Positions 21,051 to 29,432 of a stretch of 37,279 nt of DNA are shown piece by piece; position 1 is the first letter of the stretch, and each line of letters begins with the position of its first letter. A program made the translations under genes and the position numbers. The notes under the pieces were generated by a model, which saw nothing but the letters and a program-made list of their open reading frames with translations, was not told the origin of the DNA and ran no database searches. Origin of the DNA: a virus; the UHGV virus genome UHGV-1374627, one strand, 5' to 3'.

Positions 21051-23378
21051 ATGACCGAGGCGCGCGGGTGCGCGCGAGAATTGAATCATGCGGTGCGGGC
21101 GCAAACGACGCGCCTGCGCGAAACGCCGGAGGCTGTGCCAGGCAGCAGCGACATTGGGAACGCCGCCATTGCCTTCTCAGATCCTCCTAACTGGGCCCGG
21201 AGCCGCCGGGCCTGGCAGAGTCTCCGGCATGCGGGAGGTGAGCACTTGGCCAGAGAGGACATGATCCGGAAGGACATGGAGCTGGTCGGAACCTACAACG
21301 AGATATTCGAACCGACGATCAAGCAGCTGGCCAAGGCGGAACGCGAACTCTCCCGCGCAGAGAAAGAGTGGAAAAAGCAGGGTGGGCAGCGGATCTGCAC
21401 CATGGTCAACAAGACCGGTGCAGAGTACACCGCCAAGAGTCCGTACTGGGCGGCGGTCGAAGATCTGCGCGCGACGGTGCAGTCTCTCCGCAATCAGCTC
21501 GGCCTGACGCCGACCGGCCTGAACAAGGCCAGGTCGAAGCTCCAGCCGACCGCGACCGGGAACAGCAAGATTGAGCAGCTGCTCGCGGCGGCACACGACC
21601 ACGCCGTAGAGCAGGGCGCGCAGTATCAGCGCGACGTCGACGCCTTTGTCGAGTCGGTGCTCTCCGGAGAGTCCGGGCTGTGCGAAGACGTTGTCCTATC
21701 CTGCAAACGGTATGTCGCGGATCTCGGCTCCGGCAAGTGGGATTTCCGAGCAGAGCCGGCCAACGATATCCTCGCGATCATCGAGACGATGTTCTGCCAC
21801 CAGCAGGGTGAATTCCTCGATGCGACGCCGCTGCGCGGCACGCCATTTCTTCTGCTCCCGTACCACAAGTTTATTGTCTACAACCTGATGGGTTTTTATC
21901 TGCCGGATACAAAGATCCGGCGCTTCAAGGAAGCTGTGGACTTTATCCCCCGCAAAAACGTCAAGACTACCTTCGCGGCCTCTCTGGCCGGAGCGCTAGC
22001 CATGTATGAGCGTGCCTCCGGCTCTAAAGTCTATGAGGTTGGCGGCGCTTTGAAACAGGCGCTCGAAGGTTTTGACTTCCTCAAATACAACTTCAACCGC
22101 CTCGGCGTAACAGTCCGGGACGATCCAAACCAGGGGCTGCGTATCATCGACAACAACATGGAGCGGTCCATTTCCGGTGACATTGGTGACGGCATGATCT
22201 CGATCAACGCCCTTGCCGCGAACCCTGACAAACAGGACTCCTTTAACTGCAACATCGTCATCGCTGACGAGGCCCACACCTACAAAAGCCCGCAGCAATA
22301 TCAGATTCTGAAGGACGCAACCAAGGCGTACACCAACAAATTGGTCATCATCATCTCATCCAACGGCCCCAATGCCCGCGGCTTTTTGCTCGGCCACTTG
22401 GACTATTGCCGGAAGATCCTGCGCGGGACCGTCACCGGCAACGCGGCAGACAGCATCTTCTGCTTCCTCTGCTCCGCGCCGACACTGGAAAACGGCGACG
22501 TTGACCTGCATGATCCGGCTGTGCTGAAAGCAGCCTCGCCGGGCTGGGGCTACTCCATCCGCCCGCAGGACATGATCAACGACGCGGCTATGGCCGCTGA
22601 AAACCCGGCGCTCCGGCCGGAGTTCCTCAATAAATCGCTGAACGTCACAACGAACGCGATCAAGGCATGGTTTGACATCCAAGAGTTCCGCAAGAGCGAC
22701 GAGAAGTACGACTGGAACTATCGGCAACTCGCGAAGCTGCCTATCCGTTGGTATGGCGGCACAGACCTTTCGAAGCTGCACGACCTTACGGCCGGCTGCC
22801 TCTTCGGCCACTACAAAGGCGTGGACATTATCATTTCGCACGCATGGTTCCCGCGGCCGGCCGCCATCGTCAAGGCACAGCAGGATCAAATCCCGCTGTT
22901 CGGCTGGCAGGAGGACGGCTGGCTGGACATGACAAACGACAAGGTCACAAATCACCACGATGTGGTGCAATGGTACAAAAAACTGCGCGCCGATGGGTTT
23001 AAGATCCGCCGCATCGGACACGACCGAAAATTCTGCCGCGAATACTTCGTCGAGATGCAGAAGGAACGCTTCCCCATCAAGGATCAGCCGCAGCTGTTCA
23101 CACGGAAATCCGAAGGTTTCCGCTACCTGGAGGCCAGCGCCAAGAAAGGAACGCTCTACTACATGCACGCCGAACCCTATGAGTACTGCGTACAGAACGT
23201 TGCCGGCATTGAGAAGGCAGACGACATGGTCATGTATCAAAAAATCGAGCCAAACCTCCGCATCGACCTCTTTGATGCCTCGGTGTTTGCGGTTTGCGCT
23301 TATCTCGAAGATCTGACCGCCAGCAATAAGGCGGCAGGCTGGTATGACAAGAAAGACAAGGACGGTGATGCAGATTGA
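21051..23378 (+). CDS. terminase: P27-family small-subunit-like N-terminal region fused in frame to Terminase_1-type large subunit
   Basis: Residues ~70-165 (ELVGTYNEIFEPTIKQLAKAE...NKTGAEYTAKSPYW...LRNQLGLTPTGLNKARSKL) match the P27 TerS C-terminal pattern, including GLTPxxRxKL. This runs without a stop into TerL motifs: QYQRDVDAFVESVLSGE, GTPFLLLPYHKFIVYNLMGF, a Walker-A-like PRKNVKTT and the Walker B NIVIADEAH. The nuclease half has D-rich motifs. No in-frame start codon is present near the TerL N-terminus. Confidence 0.85.
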   Translation: MTEARGCARELNHAVRAQTTRLRETPEAVPGSSDIGNAAIAFSDPPNWARSRRAWQSLRHAGGEHLAREDMIRKDMELVGTYNEIFEPTIKQLAKAERELSRAEKEWKKQGGQRICTMVNKTGAEYTAKSPYWAAVEDLRATVQSLRNQLGLTPTGLNKARSKLQPTATGNSKIEQLLAAAHDHAVEQGAQYQRDVDAFVESVLSGESGLCEDVVLSCKRYVADLGSGKWDFRAEPANDILAIIETMFCHQQGEFLDATPLRGTPFLLLPYHKFIVYNLMGFYLPDTKIRRFKEAVDFIPRKNVKTTFAASLAGALAMYERASGSKVYEVGGALKQALEGFDFLKYNFNRLGVTVRDDPNQGLRIIDNNMERSISGDIGDGMISINALAANPDKQDSFNCNIVIADEAHTYKSPQQYQILKDATKAYTNKLVIIISSNGPNARGFLLGHLDYCRKILRGTVTGNAADSIFCFLCSAPTLENGDVDLHDPAVLKAASPGWGYSIRPQDMINDAAMAAENPALRPEFLNKSLNVTTNAIKAWFDIQEFRKSDEKYDWNYRQLAKLPIRWYGGTDLSKLHDLTAGCLFGHYKGVDIIISHAWFPRPAAIVKAQQDQIPLFGWQEDGWLDMTNDKVTNHHDVVQWYKKLRADGFKIRRIGHDRKFCREYFVEMQKERFPIKDQPQLFTRKSEGFRYLEASAKKGTLYYMHAEPYEYCVQNVAGIEKADDMVMYQKIEPNLRIDLFDASVFAVCAYLEDLTASNKAAGWYDKKDKDGDAD

Positions 23379-24556
23379 GAGTGAAGCCGCAGCGCAGAGG
23401 GATGGACCCAGCGCTGCAAAAATGGATGATCGGCGCGATCGACGCTGATACGTTGGCCGTTCCCGGCTACACGCGCCTGATCGACAGCCCGGATGTGCTC
23501 GCCGCCATCGGCGGCCTCGCTGATATCATCTCGAACGCTACGATCCAGCTCATGCGGAACACCGATGACGGCGACGTCCGCGTTCGCAATCAGCTGGCGC
23601 GCTTCATGGACATTTCCCCGTGGCGGCACGGGACGCGCAAGGATCTGATCTCCTGGATCGTCTGGACGATGCTGACGACCTCGACCGGAAGTGCCTTCCT
23701 CCTGCCGCACACGGAGCGTGGCCTCCTGAGCGAGCTGGAGCCGATGCCAGGCGCGTATGCGCTGAGCGACGATAACGGCCTGACCTACTATGTCATGTGG
23801 CAGGGACGGCGATATGCGGCCGACAGCGTACTCCATTTCAAACGCTGGCCCGACCCGGCACAGCCCTGGCAGGGAATCGGCCTGCGGATCAGTCTCCGGG
23901 ATGTGACCGCGAATCTCCGGCAGGCGGCCGCCACGAAAAAGGGCTTTATGTCCGACAAGTGGAAGCCGAGCGTGATCGTCAAGGTGGATGCGCTGGCCGA
24001 TGAATTTGCCGATGAGGCGGGACGCAAGCGGCTGGTCGATCAGTATATGTCCGGTAGCTCCGCGGGCGAGCCGTGGGTGATCCCGGCAGAGCTGATGGAG
24101 GTGCAGCAGGTCAAGCCCCTGAGCTTGACGGATCTCGCCATCAAGGACAGCGTGGAACTGGACAAACGCGAGGTTGCTTCGCTGGTCGGTGTGACGCCGT
24201 ACATGGTCGGCGTCGGCAGTTATTCCGATGCGGAGCACAACCACATGATCCGCACCACAGCAGTCACGATCTCCAACATCATCTGCCAGGAGCTGACGCG
24301 AAAACTGCTGATCTCCGAGGAGATGTATTTCCAGATGTCCACACGCCGGCTTTATAGCTACACGCTGCAGGAGCTGGCCAGCGTGGCCGACGATCAGTAC
24401 ATCCGCGGCCTGATGGACGGAAACGAGGCCCGCGATTGGCTCGGCCTCAGCCCGCGCAAGGGCCTGAACGAGCTGGTCATCCTCGAAAACTACATCCCTC
24501 GCGGTATGATCGGCAATCAGAAAAAACTAGAAGGAGGCGACGGCAATGCCGAATGA
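23375..24556 (+). CDS. portal protein (HK97-family-like)
   Basis: The ~390-aa product is coupled to the terminase stop and precedes the prohead protease. The overall pattern is portal-like. The start is probably ATG 23402. Confidence 0.8.
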   Translation: MRVKPQRRGMDPALQKWMIGAIDADTLAVPGYTRLIDSPDVLAAIGGLADIISNATIQLMRNTDDGDVRVRNQLARFMDISPWRHGTRKDLISWIVWTMLTTSTGSAFLLPHTERGLLSELEPMPGAYALSDDNGLTYYVMWQGRRYAADSVLHFKRWPDPAQPWQGIGLRISLRDVTANLRQAAATKKGFMSDKWKPSVIVKVDALADEFADEAGRKRLVDQYMSGSSAGEPWVIPAELMEVQQVKPLSLTDLAIKDSVELDKREVASLVGVTPYMVGVGSYSDAEHNHMIRTTAVTISNIICQELTRKLLISEEMYFQMSTRRLYSYTLQELASVADDQYIRGLMDGNEARDWLGLSPRKGLNELVILENYIPRGMIGNQKKLEGGDGNAE

Positions 24557-25130
24557 ACGCCAGCAGCGGCAGGTGCGCTGCGTAGCCCAGCAGTTCCAGA
24601 CGCGCTCGGCCAACGATGATTTGTTCCTCGAAGGCTATTTCTCCGTCTTTAACAGCGAATACCCGCTTTGGGAAGGCGCGAGCGAGATCGTAAAGCCGGG
24701 CGCTTTTACCAATTCCGTCTCCGGAGATGTCCGGGCGCTCATCAACCACGATTCCAGTCTTGTGCTCGGCCGCACGAAGGCCGGCACGCTGACGCTACGG
24801 CAGGATGAGCGGGGCCTCTGGGGCAGCATCAGAATCAATCGGGACGACGTTGACGCCATGAACCTCTACGCCCGCGTCCAGCGGGGTGACGTTGACCAGA
24901 GCTCGTTTGGATTTGACATCAAACGCGAAACCTTTGTGGATCTCGGCGACGGAAAATGCCGCTGGGAAATCGAAGAGGTCGATCCTCTCTACGAGGTGTC
25001 TGTCTGTACGTTTCCGGCCTACACGGAAACGTCCGTCAGCGCCCGCAAGCAGGATCTGGCCGAAATTGAAAAACGCCGCGCCGAGGCCTGGCGCAGCGAC
25101 ATGAAAAAGAAACTGGGAGGTACACAGTAA
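24546..25130 (+). CDS. prohead maturation protease (HK97 / S78-family-like)
   Basis: LFLEGYFSVFNSEY...ALINHDSSLVLG is the HK97-protease pattern. Its position between portal and capsid is canonical. Confidence 0.8.
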   Translation: MPNERQQRQVRCVAQQFQTRSANDDLFLEGYFSVFNSEYPLWEGASEIVKPGAFTNSVSGDVRALINHDSSLVLGRTKAGTLTLRQDERGLWGSIRINRDDVDAMNLYARVQRGDVDQSSFGFDIKRETFVDLGDGKCRWEIEEVDPLYEVSVCTFPAYTETSVSARKQDLAEIEKRRAEAWRSDMKKKLGGTQ

Positions 25131-26819
25131 ATGGCATTAAAAGTTTTGCTGCTGCGGAGCCGTCTTGCACCGCTGCAGACTGAGCTTCAGACGCTCGAAA
25201 CCACGCGCAATGGCTTCGCGGCCCGCGAAGCGGAGCTGGAGCATGACATCGCCGAGGCGCAGACCGATGAGGAGCGCAGCGTCGTTGAGGCCGCTGTGAA
25301 TGCTTTTGAGCAGGAGCGCAGCGCGAACGCCGCGGACATCACCCGTGTGCAGGAACGGATCAACGAGATCAACGAAGAAATCCGCAGTCTGGAAGAAGCG
25401 CAGACGCCGCCCGCATCTGATCCCCCGGCGGCAGAGCCGACCGGAACCACCAACACCGAAAGGAGTAATCATTCCATGCCTATCAACAACCCGGAGCGCC
25501 GTTGGTTCGGCCTCACCTATCAGGAGCGCGACGCGCTGCTGGCGCAGCCCGCCGTCAAAGAATTCCTGCAGCGCGTCCGCGAGGCGCGCAGTCAGCAGCG
25601 CAGCGTAAACGGCGGCGAACTCGGCATCCCTGATGGTTTTCTGCCGATCCTGCGCGATCTGACCTATCAGGAATCCAAGTTCCTGCGCTACTGCTTCACC
25701 ACGAGCTTCCGCGGCACCACGCGCCAGAACGTTGCCGGTGTTGCACCGGAGGCCATCTGGACCGAAATGACCGACGCGCTCAACGAGCTCGACATTGACT
25801 TCTGGCAGCTGACGATGGACGGCTACATGGTCGGCGGCTATATGGCTGTCCCGAACTCGCTGCTGATGGATGACAGTGACCTGCAGCTCGCCTCGACCAT
25901 CCTTCAGGCACTCGCATCCTCGCTCGCAAAAGCGATCGATAAGTCCATCTGGTTCGGCACCGGCGAAAAGATGCCCGTTGGCATCCTGACCCGTCTGGCC
26001 GCAACCGCGAAGCCCGCATGGTGGGGCGCGCAGCAGGGCGATTTTACCGACCTGCATACCAGCCACATTCTGAAACTCGACCTCTCCGCCAAGACTGGCG
26101 TCGAGTTCTTCCAGCCGCTGGTCGCGGCGCTGGCTGTGGCCAAGCCGGACTACTCCAACGGAACGGTCGTCTGGACCATGAATCGCAAGACACATCTCGA
26201 CCTGATGTCCCGCGCGTTGGCCTACAACTCCGCTGCGGCCATGGTTGCAGGCGTCAACAACACTATGCCGGTCGTCGGCGGTGTGATCGTCGAGTGGGAA
26301 GTCATGCCGGACAATGAGATTGCAGGCGGTTTCCTGAGTCTCTATCGCTCGGTCGAGCGCGAGGGCACGCTGATCGAATCCAATACAAATGTGCGGTGGC
26401 TTCAGAATCAGACCTGCTATAAGGGCCTCCAGCGCCGCGACGGTAAGCCTGCCATCGGCGAAGCGTTTGTGGTTGTAAACTACGGTAACGCAACCCCGGC
26501 CACGACTACGACTTTTGGCAAGGACCTTGCCAACACTGCGATCGGCACTCTAATCGTGACGACGGCAGCCGGCACCGGCGCGTCCGGCGACAGCACCGTG
26601 ACGGTGGCCGGCAACAGCTCCGGCGCGCTGAAATACCAGGTCGGCGGTCAGGCCGTGCCTGTGGCGAACGGCGAGCCCATCGGCAAGGGCTGGACAGATC
26701 TGCCCGCAAATAAAACCATCAAGAGCGCCACGACCGGCGCGACCATCACCGTCGTTGAGGTCAACGCGGACGGCAAGGCCGTGGCCGTTGGCTCCGGCAG
26801 CGTGACCGCCAAGGCATAA
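25131..26819 (+). CDS. major capsid protein (HK97 fold) with N-terminal coiled-coil delta/scaffold domain and C-terminal Ig-like extension
   Basis: The N-terminal ~110 aa are coiled coil (LQTELQTLETTRNGFAAREAELEHDIAEAQ...), as in HK97-type capsids with a fused scaffold. The gene follows the protease. The C-terminal ~110 aa are Thr/Gly/Val-rich beta-type (TVTVAGNSSGALKYQVGG...ATITVVEVNADGKAVAV). Confidence 0.8.
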   Translation: MALKVLLLRSRLAPLQTELQTLETTRNGFAAREAELEHDIAEAQTDEERSVVEAAVNAFEQERSANAADITRVQERINEINEEIRSLEEAQTPPASDPPAAEPTGTTNTERSNHSMPINNPERRWFGLTYQERDALLAQPAVKEFLQRVREARSQQRSVNGGELGIPDGFLPILRDLTYQESKFLRYCFTTSFRGTTRQNVAGVAPEAIWTEMTDALNELDIDFWQLTMDGYMVGGYMAVPNSLLMDDSDLQLASTILQALASSLAKAIDKSIWFGTGEKMPVGILTRLAATAKPAWWGAQQGDFTDLHTSHILKLDLSAKTGVEFFQPLVAALAVAKPDYSNGTVVWTMNRKTHLDLMSRALAYNSAAAMVAGVNNTMPVVGGVIVEWEVMPDNEIAGGFLSLYRSVEREGTLIESNTNVRWLQNQTCYKGLQRRDGKPAIGEAFVVVNYGNATPATTTTFGKDLANTAIGTLIVTTAAGTGASGDSTVTVAGNSSGALKYQVGGQAVPVANGEPIGKGWTDLPANKTIKSATTGATITVVEVNADGKAVAVGSGSVTAKA

Positions 26820-26835
26820 GAGAGGGGGCTGTGGA

Positions 26836-27126
26836 ATGTCAGCAAACCTGCGTCTGACTTACATGAAGGTTGATCTTGGCATTTTGTCGTGCGCTGATCA
26901 ACAGGAGCTTTATATGCGCGGTCTGCTGACCACAGCCGAATCCTTTGTCCGCCGGCGCGGCATCACGCTGGCGGACGACAGCGACGAGGATGACATGCTG
27001 GTCGGCTCCGTGGCCGCGTGGATGTATCGTGCCCGCGGCAACACCGAGCGGGCGGCACTCCCCCGGAATCTTGACATCATGATCAAGGATCGGCTGTGCC
27101 ACGAGAAAATGAGGGACGGTGGATGA
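26836..27126 (+). CDS. head-tail connector / DNA-packaging (gp6-like) protein
   Basis: Position, size and fold class only. The 96-aa product follows the capsid gene. Confidence 0.5.
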   Translation: MSANLRLTYMKVDLGILSCADQQELYMRGLLTTAESFVRRRGITLADDSDEDDMLVGSVAAWMYRARGNTERAALPRNLDIMIKDRLCHEKMRDGG

Positions 27127-27464
27127 TCTACGACAAGATTTTGACGATCTACACGCTGCTCCCTGGTCGGTCTCCTGCCGTGCGCAAGCTCAAGGCCGTC
27201 AGCCAGCACTTTTACTGCGAGCGCACGGTGTACGCCTCCCGGTTTTACGCCGGGAAGCAGGTCGGGCAGAAGCTCGTGCGCATGGTGTCCATGCCGCGCA
27301 GCGTATTCGACGCGCCGATCGAGGCTGACCAATACTGCACACTGGAGGACGGCCACGTCTATCGCATTGACCAGGCGCAGCGCGAACAGGACGCCGACGG
27401 CCTCGACATCAACACGTTAAGCCTTGCGGAGCCGGAGGGAAAATATGAGTTATTCCAAGATTGA
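27123..27464 (+). CDS. head closure (head-tail joining) protein
   Basis: Position and size (113 aa). The start is ATG 27123. Confidence 0.5.
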   Translation: MIYDKILTIYTLLPGRSPAVRKLKAVSQHFYCERTVYASRFYAGKQVGQKLVRMVSMPRSVFDAPIEADQYCTLEDGHVYRIDQAQREQDADGLDINTLSLAEPEGKYELFQD

Positions 27465-27780
27465 AAACGCGCTCAAGACCGTCCTGCCGGATGCGGTCTA
27501 CAAGGTACAGGCCCCGGAGACAACGGACGACGGTGAGCCGCTGCTCCGCTATCTTGTCTGGACGCCGACCGGCGACCGCTACGCCTACGCCAACAGCCGC
27601 CCCTTTGCCACGATCTATCAGGCTGTTGTGACCGTGGCCACGCAAACCGAAGATGATACGCTCCCCGCCGAAGTCTCAAAGGCTTTGGCGGATGCGCATA
27701 TCGCGATGCAGATGCCGGAGCACTCCTACGACGTCGAGACAGCCACCTACTACACGGACATTCCCTGTGAGGTGATCTGA
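27445..27780 (+). CDS. neck/tail completion protein
   Basis: GGAGGGAAAAT precedes ATG 27445. The assignment rests on position and size. Confidence 0.5.
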   Translation: MSYSKIENALKTVLPDAVYKVQAPETTDDGEPLLRYLVWTPTGDRYAYANSRPFATIYQAVVTVATQTEDDTLPAEVSKALADAHIAMQMPEHSYDVETATYYTDIPCEVI

Positions 27781-28220
27781 TGGCGCAGATGGAGACCGAC
27801 GGCATTGAAGAGGCCATCCGGCAGCTGAATAAGGCCGATCTGTTTACCGACGAGAACGTGAAGCGGATGCTGACAGCCGGCTCCGAGGTCATGCTGACCT
27901 CTGTAAAATCTGCCTTTGTGGAGTCCGGACATAACAGCCCCGGCCGAAAGCGGCGTACTGGCGAGACGCTGCGGCATATCACAAAGGCTCGTGTCGTCCG
28001 GAAGGACAAAAATGGCGTCCCGTATATGTTCGTTACGATCCACGGGAAGGACAGCCGCGGGCAGCGGTACGGCACGAAAGGCTTTGTGCTGAACTACGGC
28101 CGGCGAACCGGCGGCAAGATCCCGGCAGACTATTACTGGTCGACCGCGGTACACAACACCTGGCAGCAGGCCAACGACAAAATGTCCGACGTCGCTGCCG
28201 ACATTCTGAAAGGAGAATGA
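27780..28220 (+). CDS. tail terminator / HK97 gp10-like neck protein
   Basis: Position. ATGA overlap with the upstream gene. 146 aa. Confidence 0.5.
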   Translation: MAQMETDGIEEAIRQLNKADLFTDENVKRMLTAGSEVMLTSVKSAFVESGHNSPGRKRRTGETLRHITKARVVRKDKNGVPYMFVTIHGKDSRGQRYGTKGFVLNYGRRTGGKIPADYYWSTAVHNTWQQANDKMSDVAADILKGE

Positions 28221-28221
28221 C

Positions 28222-28833
28222 ATGCCTGAATTTGATCTTCGCGGCATGAAGGTCGCGAAATACAATTACGACAAAACGCAGAAGAAAATCAGTTATGACA
28301 CGCCGATGTCCATGGGCGACGCAATGACGGCCAATCTCGAACTCAAGTTCGCGGAGGGACGTCTCTATGCCGAGTCCGCGCTGGCCGAGTACATGAAGAA
28401 GGTCACGGGCCTGACAGTCAGCCAGGGCGTGAAGTACATCCCGGACGAGACGCAGAAGTTGCTTTTCAAAGCGTATGAGCTGAGCCGTTCGGTCGGTTCC
28501 GGCTCGCCCAAGACCGTGAAGAGCATGGCCTACGGCAAGACCTCGACCGGTCAGTACGTCGGCAGCGGATTCTATGCGCCGGATATGATCGACGGCGTAG
28601 AGAAGTTCACGGCGATCTTCGTCCACAAGACGCTGTTCGGCCCGCCCAGCAAGGCGCTCCAGACCATGGGCGAGCAGATCAACTTCCAGACGCCGACGAC
28701 CTCCGGCGAAGCGCTGGTCGATGACGCAGGCCACTTGATGGAGTGGGACTCGTTTGACACCGAGGCCGAGGCCATTGCATGGCTCGACGCCTGCTTCACG
28801 ACGGAACCGACCGTCGTCACGGAGGGAGGATAA
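28222..28833 (+). CDS. major tail protein (phi13/TP901-1-like tube protein)
   Basis: The 203-aa product lies immediately upstream of the G/GT chaperone pair. The overall pattern is typical of siphovirus tube proteins. Confidence 0.7.
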   Translation: MPEFDLRGMKVAKYNYDKTQKKISYDTPMSMGDAMTANLELKFAEGRLYAESALAEYMKKVTGLTVSQGVKYIPDETQKLLFKAYELSRSVGSGSPKTVKSMAYGKTSTGQYVGSGFYAPDMIDGVEKFTAIFVHKTLFGPPSKALQTMGEQINFQTPTTSGEALVDDAGHLMEWDSFDTEAEAIAWLDACFTTEPTVVTEGG

Positions 28834-28836
28834 ACC

Positions 28837-29214
28837 ATGGATCTCCGTTTGAAAACGCTGCCGTTTGAGTATGGCGGCCACACGCTCCAGCTCTGCTGCA
28901 ATTTCAACGTGCTGGCAGATCTTCAGGCGGCCGGCGAACTGGATGAGATGCTCGATGAGAAGCGTTCCTTCCGGAATTTCACGCGGCTGCTCGCGGCGCT
29001 GGTCAACGAGGCCGCGAACGCTGCCGGGCTGGATCTCTCCGTCACGGATCGCGAGATCGGCCGTGCGGTGAGCTGGAAGGAGTTCCGCCGCATCCAGAGC
29101 GATGTGTTCGGCCTGCTGTTCGCAGCGGTCTTGGCTCCGGACGATGACGAGGCGGAGCCGACCGAAGAAGAAACAAAAAACGTGGAGACCAAGGAAGCGG
29201 CAGCGACGGCCTGA
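28837..29214 (+). CDS. tail assembly chaperone (gpG-like)
   Basis: The 125-aa acidic protein lies upstream of the tape measure gene. Slippery heptamer A_AAA_AAC sits at 29175-29181 near its 3' end. Confidence 0.75.
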   Translation: MDLRLKTLPFEYGGHTLQLCCNFNVLADLQAAGELDEMLDEKRSFRNFTRLLAALVNEAANAAGLDLSVTDREIGRAVSWKEFRRIQSDVFGLLFAAVLAPDDDEAEPTEEETKNVETKEAAATA

Positions 29215-29432
29215 ACTTCGCTTGGTATCTGAATATCTGGATCAATGTCCTGCATAACGACGAGGCCGTTTTCTGGCGGACAATGACGCCGGCGCGGTGC
29301 GTAGCGCTTTACCGTGAGTTTTTCAAGCTCATGGGCGCACCGAGCCGGCGTTTCGTTTCTGAGGCTCCTGCGGAGCCGGAGAAGCCCGCCCGCTTGTCGT
29401 TGTCGGCATATCTGATGGGAGGTGGCGGTTGA
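28837..29432 (+). CDS. gpGT-like chaperone produced by programmed -1 ribosomal frameshift
   Basis: The -1 frame is open from the slippery site to TGA 29430-29432. It encodes ...GLNFAWYLNIWINVLHNDEAVFWRTMTPARCVALYREFFKLMG..., typical of a T extension. Its stop overlaps the tape measure ATG 29432. Confidence 0.6.

Noticed and set aside
21051-21260. Separate small-terminase gene with its own start upstream of the TerL domain
   Set aside because: No in-frame stop separates the TerS-like and TerL regions. No alternative frame yields a P27-like N-terminus, so the fusion is reported as seen rather than split.
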